Below, in pieces: positions 50,827 to 59,818 of a stretch of 64,000 nt of DNA (position 1 is its first letter; the number at the start of each line of letters is the position of its first letter). The notes under the pieces were generated by a model that was given only the letters and a program-made list of their open reading frames with translations, ran no database searches and had not been told where the DNA came from. Source of the DNA: Sedimentisphaerales bacterium (lineage in GTDB: Bacteria > Planctomycetota > Phycisphaerae > Sedimentisphaerales > Anaerobacaceae); assembly GCA_040772485.1 (NCBI GenBank), contig JAXGYC010000007.1, positions 224,001 to 288,000 of the forward strand. Reading direction: 5' to 3'. The position numbers were made by a program, and so were the translations under genes.

Positions 50827-51980
50827 GACTTATGCCTCTTTTCCGTACCAGTCATCCTGTACGATATCCGATGTGCTGCACACGGTGATTCTCTTGGCCA
50901 GATGAGCCGGCACGGCAGTAAAGGCTCAATTCCCAGGAGAACGACCAGAAGCCGGGACAGTCCCGGCATGAAGAACTGCCTGTCAGCCGTTCCCGGTCTT
51001 CTTCGAGCTGGTCTGTCTCCTGCATCCACACAGATCAATCCATACAGCAGGCCGTCACGCTCGACAATCAGCGGAGTCTCCCGCAGCAACACCACATCGT
51101 GGCCTTGGAGTCATCCAGAATTCGGACGGCAAGCCACTCCCTGCCTGCCCGAGAAAGCCTCATCCCGAGTTTCTTCTTATACTGCAGGACCCCATCGCCC
51201 AGAGAAACGCACGAGACAAGCCAGGAGTTCGCTCGGCATCACCCTTCTCGCAGAGATGCCGGACCGAGAAATGGTACAGCGCGCCAATGGCTCCATCCCG
51301 AACGAAATCTCGGTTGGCATCTCGCACCCCCAGGCTCCACAACCGAGGCGCTGTATCGGAATACGAGATCAATAGCCCCGCAATCGGCTCGTCCGCCTGC
51401 ATCACCAGAAGAAGCTCGCAGTGCGGGAAGGCCGCCTTCATGGACTCATAGGGCATGATTACGGCACTGCCGCCATGGGCCTGCGATGTACGGCGTACAT
51501 GTGATCGTAGAAGTCTTGGAGATGCTCGAGATCGTGTGTCGCGTGGAACTGCAGCGCGTTCCTGCTAATCTTCCGAAGGTCAGACCGGACGGTTTCCATC
51601 CGCAGGACGCCGGGGTCAGCGGGTTCGACATCGCCCTGCCACCCAGCCGGGAACATATAACCATTGTTCCGGCTTCAATATCGGCGGAAGCGTCCCAGAG
51701 TCTTGACGGCGACCAGGCAGCACCCGCGTCCCTCTTGCACTGTCACCCGGGGAATCTCCCACAGCCACCTCCGGCCGATGCAGCGTTCCTGGCGGGTGTC
51801 GCCGAGGAACCGGCGGAGCAGGTATCTGCAGTCGTTCTGGGCCGCACAGAGCACCATGATCTTAGCGCCGTCCGCAGAGTCCCTGGCACCGGCAATCCGA
51901 AACCGTGGTCGGATCTCATTGAACAGCTCATAACAGCAGGCGAAAGGCCGGGAAAGTCCAGCGCGAACGCCGGGAAACAC
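50823..51980 (-). pseudogene. Hypothetical GNAT/FemAB-like protein, paralog A, frameshifted
   Basis: EIRPRF, ERCIGRRWLW, SDLRKI, DFYDHMY, ELLLV...PIAGLLISY, GVRD...DGAIGALYH, DGVLQYKKKLG, in several frames. Confidence 0.55.
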
Positions 51981-52199
51981 TCATCAATTCTCTGGCCAGC
52001 CTCCGGGGTCCCCGTGCGCTTGTTGGCGGGCGTTTGGCAGCCTCTGTGGCTCAGACGAACGGGACGGGCCGGCACTGTCAAGGTGTCGCTCCTTGTCGTT
52101 TGCGGGCATGGCGGCAACGGTCGCAGCGATCGTTGCCTGACTTGTCGCCATTTGTCCGATCCATGACTGTTGGCCTCTCACCGGCCAGCCACCCATGCA

Positions 52200-53380
52200 C
52201 TCACCGAAAGCGGCGGCTCCCCACGGCGAGGCCAAGGACCTCCGACGCACCTCTCACACTTATGCGACTCACACCCACGACGCCGGCACTCGCGGTGGAC
52301 GATCCGGGGAACGGAACGATCAGAGGCACGACAGCCCTGGCCAGGAGAACTCCTTGTCCAACTCGGCCACTGCAGCTTTCCGAGAGCGAGCCTGCGTTCG
52401 TCTCGACGAACACCCGCACCCGTGCAATCCTCCACTATCATCGAGAATGGGCGGGTTGTCCTTCAGAGCAGCTCGCGAGGCCTCCGTGTCGTGCGGCACA
52501 CGAAGGTAGAAATACCCTTCTGATGTACTGGAAACCAGCTTCATGCCCAGCTTCTTCTTGTACGCAGAACCCCATCGCGCAGAAACGCCCTCGACTTGCC
52601 GATCACCTGGTGAAGCCCTGCTCGGTCAGATGACGGAACGAAAGATGGTAAATGGCGCTACCGACTCCGTCCCGCAGCGGCTCTCTGTCGCCGTCTCTAA
52701 CACCGCTGACCACCAGCAACGGCTCCGCCTCTGCGTAACTGATCAGATTCCCGGCGACAGGCTTGCCCTGGCGGGTCACCAGGAGGATCTCGCCGTGATC
52801 GAGATGCTTCAGCAACAGGCCGCGAGGCCAGACCCGCGCGCCGTCTCCGTAGAACCTCCTGGCATGCGGCACATACATGTTTGCATAGAAGTCCTCGAAT
52901 TGCTGGAGATCTCGCGTCACCATGTAACCCAGAGCACCCTTACGAATCTTCCGCAGATCTTCTTTGACATTGCTGCTGGCCAGAACCTGCGGAGGCAGGG
53001 GGAGTTCTGCCTCTCCGACGACCCAGGCGGGAATATGAAGCCACTTCTGAGACCCCAGGAATCGGCGAAGACCGGGGCGGACATACACCAGAATCGCGCA
53101 GCAGTGCGGTCCCTTCCGCGCCCAAAGCCTTCGCGACATTCCACAGCCAAGCCCGCCCGACGCACCGTTCTCGACGCTGTCTGCCGAGAATCTGATCGAA
53201 CAGAAAACTCCTCTCCCAGGTGCCGGCGACGCAGAGAATAGAGATCGACAATCCATCGTCCCGCTGTTGACTATCCCCGATCCAGAATCTCGGTCGGATC
53301 TCGTCCCACAAGCGATAGCAGCGGACCAGAGGGTCAAGAAGCCGCCGCCACGAAGGCGGAATCCGGTAGTAGAGCGTCTT
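52200..53380 (-). pseudogene. Hypothetical GNAT/FemAB-like protein, paralog B, frameshifted
   Basis: EIRPRF, ERCVGRAWLW, EDLRKI, DFYANMYVP, EILLV...PVAGNLISY, GVRDG...DGVGSAIYH, YKKKLG. Ends are approximate. Confidence 0.55.
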
Positions 53381-53486
53381 GAGCGTTCGCCGCCGACAGC
53401 TGCCACGTCAGGCTTCTGGCAGTTCGACACCGCCTCGCTGCCCAAAGGTCCGGCCTCACACGTCGAGTTATTGCCTACCTTCGCGC

Positions 53487-54716
53487 TCACGTCTGTACCA
53501 CTTTCGTTGGACCGTACGACGGGCGGTGCCAAGCAGTGAACGCATTTTTTCCGTGGCCGGCAATGCCCGCCAGTTCGCGAAGAGCGAGAATCCTCGATAC
53601 GCGGGGACGGCGGCCCCCCAGCACTCGCAGCGCGGCAGGGCGTCCCCATAGATGGGTCCGGCGTCGTAGCAAGGCCTCCTGAGACATCGGCAGGGTGGCG
53701 GCTGTCACCTGCTCAAGCGCCACATAGCCTGCCTTCAGGGCTTGGTGCAGAGCCTGCCTTCCCGCTTCGGTCCGAACCAGCACGAGGGACCGGCCGGCGT
53801 CCTCTGGTTCCACTTTGCGATACCAGGGATCGCCGCAAGAAATGTCGGCCAACTCGCCCGTCGAATCCGGGCAAAGCCGGCAGCGAAACTGCGTGTGCTT
53901 GCTGAGAATGTCGCCCCAGGACTGTTCATAGCTCATGGAGCACTCCGCATCGCTTCGGGAGCTTGTCCTGGCCACGGTACGTCCCGGCCAGCCGCATCCG
54001 CGATACCGAAACTCCGCCACCTCCTCGGGGCGGACGCCCAACTGCGCCAGGATTGCCTTGGTCCCCTGCGTGCTCGGCGTGCCGGCGCAGAAGATGGAAA
54101 TAGCCAGGCGGATCGATCGTCCGTGGCCGTCGCCCAGAGCCTGACATTTGCGCAGGGCCACAACATCACAGGGCTTTCCCACAAACACGGATGCCTCGCC
54201 GTCGCGGTCGATTGTTCCCAACCAGGAACAAGGAGCCGCGGGAGCATACCGTGAGCCAGTTCGCACGAGCAACTCATCCCGATGCCGACTGACAAAGGGA
54301 CTGTTGTCCAGGGGATGCCCGGGCTTGCTGCCAATGTGAAGCACGCCCGGAGAACCCTGCTTCTCCAGGGCGAACAGCGACAGCGCCGTCGCAATCCCCC
54401 CGGACGAACCCAGGTAGCGGATCTCCGGATCCGTCGCATAGCCTTCCCAGACTTCCAGCACGTTACCCCACGCTTGCCGCAGCGAGTCCAGCGCCAAAGC
54501 GTGGGCGGGCGGGCCATCGATGGCCGCCCCAGGGCAAACCGCCAGACACGTCCCGCAGCGGGCGCATCGGGCAGCATCTCTCGTCGGCCGAAGCCCATCG
54601 CCCTCAACGTCCACCAGGGCCAACGCCTTTTCGGGACACACGGAGACACAGGCGCCGCAGCCCAGACAGAGCCGCCAGGCAACGACATCGGAAACCGTGT
54701 CGAAAGGCTGTCTCAT
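53487..54716 (-). CDS. FrhB/FdhB-like protein with N-terminal 2x[4Fe-4S] ferredoxin domain
   Basis: CLGCGACVSVCP and CARCGTCLAVCP; SSGGIAT; GSRY; FVGKPC; YRG.GWPG; RCRLCPD...ADISCGDPW. Confidence 0.88.
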   Translation of the reverse strand: MRQPFDTVSDVVAWRLCLGCGACVSVCPEKALALVDVEGDGLRPTRDAARCARCGTCLAVCPGAAIDGPPAHALALDSLRQAWGNVLEVWEGYATDPEIRYLGSSGGIATALSLFALEKQGSPGVLHIGSKPGHPLDNSPFVSRHRDELLVRTGSRYAPAAPCSWLGTIDRDGEASVFVGKPCDVVALRKCQALGDGHGRSIRLAISIFCAGTPSTQGTKAILAQLGVRPEEVAEFRYRGCGWPGRTVARTSSRSDAECSMSYEQSWGDILSKHTQFRCRLCPDSTGELADISCGDPWYRKVEPEDAGRSLVLVRTEAGRQALHQALKAGYVALEQVTAATLPMSQEALLRRRTHLWGRPAALRVLGGRRPRVSRILALRELAGIAGHGKNAFTAWHRPSYGPTKVVQT

Positions 54717-56095
54717 GCGTCGAGACCCTCCAGAAGGCGCGATACCTTCCGCCTGACCTTGGGCACGGTTTCTCGGAGCCGACGGGCAATCGACTCGCGC
54801 GAGGCAAATGCCGTCTCGATGGTCGCAAGGATCTCATCGGCCTGCGACGATCTCATGTCCGCGACCAGATTCTCAACGCCAACAGTCTGGAAAACCCCTT
54901 TGAACTTCTTGCTGTAGGCGACCCCGACGGCCGGGATGTGCTGCGACAGCGCGGCAATGCACGAGTGCATCCGCGTCCCAACAAAGAAATCGCACATCCC
55001 AATGATGTACTTGACCTCGCCCTGGTCGTAGGTCCCTCGCGCCACGAACAGTCTCCCCGGATACCGAACCGAGAGCCGCCCGTGCACGTCGAGACACGCG
55101 GCCAGATCATTCTCGACGTTGCCTTCGTATACGTCCGAGGGAATCACGTGCGGAACCAGCACGATCCGAACGCCTTCCTTCTGCATCAGCCGTTCCACGA
55201 TGGCGTCCACCAGCTCTTTGTACGCGACCCTCAATCCGAATTCATTGCCTCCGCGGTAGCCTCCGTAGTAGATCAGACCGCTGACATTCAGGCCAACGGT
55301 GGTCGAGGCGCCGTCTTGCGCAGCGTCCAGACCCTCCACATCGAGAGCCGCCGGCCGACGCGGCTCCAGGAGAAACGCCACGTCCGGGGCAAAGGCAATC
55401 CGGTCCTGCGCGTCGCTGTGTCCCAGCAGTTCTTTGACGAAATCCAGGCCGGCCTGATCTCTGGAGTAGATCCTCCGGCTTCGACGCAGAACGTAGCGAG
55501 CCATCGATCGCGACAACGCTCTCTTGAACGGCCCGTACGTCTGAGGAAACAGGATCAGGTCTTTGCCCAACATCAGCGGCAGCATCCGGATCAGGAACGA
55601 CTGAATGAATCGTCCCAGACCGTAGATGTCGCTGAAACTGTCGCCCCCGGTGATATCCACGAACAACCGGCTGTCGAGCAGCACTTTCAACGTGGCGTTG
55701 CGTCGGGCCAGGTATCTCTTCAGGCCGTCGAACGGAAACACCCGCAGCATGAGCACCAGGAAGAAGAGCACGCCGTAGTGGTGCGACAGAAACACGTTCC
55801 GGCAGAATCGGATCGGGACCTTCCGGATCGCCACAGTTCGGTCGGCCAGCTTCAGCCGATGGCAGCCCTCTTCCCGACTGCTCGCAAGCAGAATCACCTG
55901 CGCATCGGACCAGCGAGCCAGAATGCAGCGGACACTGCTCTCGGCCAGGGCGCTGACTCCGAGGTTGCCCGTGTCGAAGGACGCGCCCAGCAGACACACC
56001 TGTGGGCCCCGGCTCGGCGCATCGGGCTCCGACGCGGCCTCATTCGAGACCGTCTGTCGCGGTTCTTCTGACAACACCGGCTCAATCATGTCCAT
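54713..56095 (-). CDS. Polysaccharide pyruvyl transferase family protein (WcaK-like)
   Basis: GNLGVSAL, GGDSFSDIYG, PQTYGPF, SRD, APDVAF, FVGTRMHSCIAALS, AYSKKF. Confidence 0.9.
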   Translation of the reverse strand: MDMIEPVLSEEPRQTVSNEAASEPDAPSRGPQVCLLGASFDTGNLGVSALAESSVRCILARWSDAQVILLASSREEGCHRLKLADRTVAIRKVPIRFCRNVFLSHHYGVLFFLVLMLRVFPFDGLKRYLARRNATLKVLLDSRLFVDITGGDSFSDIYGLGRFIQSFLIRMLPLMLGKDLILFPQTYGPFKRALSRSMARYVLRRSRRIYSRDQAGLDFVKELLGHSDAQDRIAFAPDVAFLLEPRRPAALDVEGLDAAQDGASTTVGLNVSGLIYYGGYRGGNEFGLRVAYKELVDAIVERLMQKEGVRIVLVPHVIPSDVYEGNVENDLAACLDVHGRLSVRYPGRLFVARGTYDQGEVKYIIGMCDFFVGTRMHSCIAALSQHIPAVGVAYSKKFKGVFQTVGVENLVADMRSSQADEILATIETAFASRESIARRLRETVPKVRRKVSRLLEGLDA

Positions 56096-56177
56096 TTCTC
56101 ATCTCTGCCTGATGTTCCGAAGTGGCCCGTGTCCGAATCGGCGCACCGCTGTCGCCGGAGACACTCCCGCCGCGTTC

Positions 56178-56741
56178 TCACCGCGAGAAGACATAGTCCC
56201 TCGCGATCGAACGCAGACGCGGAGCAGCCAGATCCTTTGCGGATACGATCGGGTCTGCGACTTTCCAGTCGATCGCCAGATCCGGATCGTTATAGAGCAC
56301 CGATCGCTCGTTCTCCTTCGAATAGAGCGAGGTACACTTGTAGGAGAAGACCACCTCCTCCGAGAGCACGGAAAACCCATGCGCAAAACCCGGCGGAATC
56401 CAGAACTGCAGGCAGTTCTCATTGCTCAGCTCGACGGCCACGTGCTGGCCGAAGGTGGGAGACCCGAAGCGGACGTCCACCGCCACGTCCAAAACCCTTC
56501 CATAGAGCACCGTGGTCAACTTGCCCTGGGCGCTGGGACCGATCTGGTAGTGCAGGCCGCGCACGGTCCCCTGCCGCGAATACGAGCAGTTGTCCTGGAC
56601 GAATTCGCCGGGCAGACCCATCTGCTCGTATTTGTCCCGGCTGTAGTGCTCCAAGAAGTACCCTCTCTGGTCCCGGTACACATCGGGCTCAATCAGCAGC
56701 AGGCCCTCAATCCGTGTCTGCGACACCCGCATCTTTGTCAC
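56178..56741 (-). CDS. rfbC: dTDP-4-dehydrorhamnose 3,5-epimerase
   Basis: DQRGYFLE, FVQDN.S.S, VRGLHYQ, DVAVDVR.GSPTFG, WIPPGFAHGF, YKC. Confidence 0.95.
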   Translation of the reverse strand: MTKMRVSQTRIEGLLLIEPDVYRDQRGYFLEHYSRDKYEQMGLPGEFVQDNCSYSRQGTVRGLHYQIGPSAQGKLTTVLYGRVLDVAVDVRFGSPTFGQHVAVELSNENCLQFWIPPGFAHGFSVLSEEVVFSYKCTSLYSKENERSVLYNDPDLAIDWKVADPIVSAKDLAAPRLRSIARDYVFSR

Positions 56742-58385
56742 CTCCCATTGGCGCTCGTGCCGCTCGACACCACGGACAGCGGCGAAGGCTTCGTCGGCCC
56801 TGTGCGGAAGCCGCGTGCGACGCTGCCCAAGACCGTCCAGATCCGCATCCGGTCATACGTATCGAACGAGTAGAACGCCAGCACCGCCAGATAGACCAGC
56901 AAGCCCGCGATCACCTACAAACCCAGCGCCGTCCAGGTCGATGGAGGGCGCAGCAGCTCCAGTCCCAGCCAGACTACAAGTGCCGCCGTCCCAGGAATCA
57001 TCCCCTGGATCAGCACGTCCTTCAACCAGCGCCGCGGGGAGACATCGACCAGACGCCATGCCAACGGCAAATTGACCGCACTGTTCGCTGCCGCCGCTAT
57101 CAGTCCCGCCCCTCCCAGCCCCAGGGCTCCCAAGTCCAGCGCTCCGACAAACACGAGAACCAGCGCCAGCCGGACCACTTGCATCGACGCAAAACGCGGC
57201 GCGATCGGCCACATCCGGTCCTTCGCATGACACAACTGAGGCAGCATCCAATGGGAGAACTCCAACGTCGTGGGCACAAGTGCAAGAACCATGACAAACG
57301 CCGTCTCGATGTACTCGGCGCCGAGGTAGAGCGTGATCAGCTCTCGGCAGTACACCATCGCCGGCAGGGTAATGCATATGATCGCCCACAGACCATAGCG
57401 ACCGCCACGCAGATACAGACGCTGCAATTGGTCGTGGCGTCCTGTGGCATGCATGGTCACCAGTTGCGGCACCAACGGGGTGGCGGCCACACTGGCCAGG
57501 GTACATAGATGCCGCGTCGGCTTCGTGGCAATGTGGTCCGACGTGATATCCCCCAGCGTGGCCAGCTTGTTCAGAAACAGCGGATCGAGCATCCTCTGAA
57601 CAGACGATGCGCAATTGATCACCAGATTCCAGCCCCCGAAGCCCATGATCTGCCGCGCGATGCTCCAGTCGATCTGCCGGGCCGAGAACCGCATGGCCGG
57701 AACGTACCGCTGCGAAACCACGACCATGACCACCGAGGAAAACCATTGGGAAGTAACCTCCGCCACCACAACCCACAGGACGCGCGTGCTGACCCCAAAC
57801 AACAGCGCGAACAGGATCGCAATCCTCACAACCTCCGCCGCGAGGCCGATCACGTTCTGCAGGACGAACCTCTGCTCGACGTAGAGCCCGAACACGAATG
57901 GCGTCAGAGGCAACCGCAGCGCCGTGCAGCACACCAGCAGCCCCAGCATGATCCGAGCGTCCCATAACCGCCCGGCGGGAATTGTCAGGATGTGCCCGAT
58001 GTGCCAGGAAAAAGTCAGGCCCGCGACAAGGCACACGACGGCCAGCCCGAGCAAAGGAACGGTCATCGTCGAGACGATGCTCGTGACTTTCTTGTCGTCT
58101 CCCATCGCATAGGCTTCGGTCACGAACCGCGCCAAACCCGCCGTGAGAAACACGCTCAGCAACGGAATGAAGACAATCACACCGACAACGAGCGGATAGA
58201 GACTGTATTCAACGTCCCCGATGCGGCGCAGGAGATACTGACTCAGCCAGATCAGCACGAACCTGGAAAGGACGTACCGCACCACCGAACTGGCGGAGTT
58301 GATCAGAAGCAATCTCTTGCTGAGCTGGACCCGCGAATTCGCCGAAATGCCTTGAACCCGTCCTCCCGTCGGTTAGAGACACCGT
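56738..58385 (-). CDS. wzx: Wzx-type oligosaccharide flippase; ends frameshifted
   Basis: Core ORF 56915-58312 with more than 10 TMs and MOP-family character; the C-terminal TMs continue in another frame; coordinates are approximate. Confidence 0.78.
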
Positions 58386-58438
58386 GGCAGTGGCATTTGG
58401 ATAGACTCCGTCCCCGTCGGCTGTTCCGACAGGCGGAT

Positions 58439-59293
58439 TCAAACCACTTGCAGGAATCTCGTTGATCTCGAATTCGTCGCAGCAGTCCGTGCGTCAGTTG
58501 TTCTGCGAAGCCCCAGCGGCGGCTCGGAGAACTCCCGGCGCGGGGTCGACCATCGCACCTGACCGTCCCGGTCCGGCAGAATGGCGAGAACTGAATCCGT
58601 CAGGACCGCCGCCAGCGACCGGGCCGAGTGCTCGACCGCCGAGCTGATTTGGACCTGCGCCACGTACCGCGCCGGGTCACCCGAGATGTTTGGGCGTCGA
58701 CCGAGGAAACCAGAAAACTCCCCCTCCCGAAGGGTGACCTGTCCATTCAGGACATAGAAACTCAGGACGACGACCCGGTGATAATCCGGAGCCGGCTTGT
58801 AGAACCGGTGTATCAAACACCTGACCCTTCGGCCCAAATTCGTCTCGAACTCGGATTCCGACGTTCCATCGTGGAGCCAGCCGTGAGCGGGAAAACACCT
58901 CATGGGCTGGTGGCCGAGCATCCCCGCCGGACGCGAGGAACAGTAGACCACATACGCATCGCCCCACATCCGCTGCTCCTCGTTGACGTAGCGACGACTG
59001 ATGTAGTCATCCGCGAAGTTCGTCCGCATATAGTCCTCTGTGGTACTGGGAATATCCAGCGTCTGGCCGACCCATCCGTCGACCTCTGTCGGGACCTCCG
59101 CCAGCGAAACCGGCGGCGGGATCGGCACCGGCTCTCCCAGTCGAGCCGCCCCGATGCGGTACGCAATGCCCGCTCCGACCAGCAGCAACACGACGATCCC
59201 CCCGGCACTCCACACCGATGCCGTGCCGCGTGAACGCCTCTCAGCGGACGTGTCTGGATGTCCGATTGCGACCCTGCGCCGATGGCTGTACAT
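58439..59293 (-). CDS. epsI: Exosortase-associated EpsI family protein (free-standing)
   Basis: N-terminal TM; 'LAEVPTEVDGWVG', 'ADDYISRRY', 'GHQPMRCFPAHGW' (HxPxxC...GW motif). Confidence 0.82.
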   Translation of the reverse strand: MYSHRRRVAIGHPDTSAERRSRGTASVWSAGGIVVLLLVGAGIAYRIGAARLGEPVPIPPPVSLAEVPTEVDGWVGQTLDIPSTTEDYMRTNFADDYISRRYVNEEQRMWGDAYVVYCSSRPAGMLGHQPMRCFPAHGWLHDGTSESEFETNLGRRVRCLIHRFYKPAPDYHRVVVLSFYVLNGQVTLREGEFSGFLGRRPNISGDPARYVAQVQISSAVEHSARSLAAVLTDSVLAILPDRDGQVRWSTPRREFSEPPLGLRRTTDARTAATNSRSTRFLQVV

Positions 59294-59302
59294 CTATGAG
59301 CA

Positions 59303-59318
59303 TACCCTAAAGGTGGTA
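59303..59318. promoter_or_regulatory. Candidate 7-2-7 LuxR/NarL-type box upstream of epsI
   Basis: TACCCTAAAGGTGGTA (TACC-N8-GGTA), similar to TACTCATTTAGTGGTA at 25118-25133. Confidence 0.35.
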
Positions 59319-59529
59319 CTTCGTGGTTCCCCACCGAACGTTCCACGGCTGAGTCATCCTAAAAAGATGCCGTCAGGGAAATGCAGCGCCCCCGGCTCGT
59401 CCGTGCGGAAATCAGCGATCAAGAGGCATCTATTCTATAAGCCGTATCGGCTGACTGTCAACGTGGCTCAAGCCAAAAATCGCCATTTGAGGGCCTGTCA
59501 TGCCCCCCCGAGCGGCGGCTTGCTCGTGG

Positions 59530-59575
59530 CCGATAAAACAAAGCCAAAAAGAACACAAACAGGCTCTTTTATCGG
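59530..59575. repeat. Inverted repeat CCGATAAAA-N28-TTTTATCGG in the divergent promoter region
   Basis: Perfect 9-bp arms with an extra inner AGCC/GGCT pairing. Confidence 0.6.
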
Positions 59576-59818
59576 AACCACGATCAGTGTATCATTCTCA
59601 GGGATACCAGGCGAGTTAGCTCCGTTCCGAGGCCGGCGGCCCCCCGGGTCCGCCTCGCCGCTCGGCACCTCGCACGCCAGGAGGGCGGAATCAATTTGTC
59701 CTTGATTCGCTTTGTTCGTACCGTTTACACAAAGAGCACGTACGCACAGACTCGATAGACCGCTTCCCAGGCGAGTTGCTCGCTCGCATGGGAGGCAAAA
59801 CAGTACACGGGGGAATCT

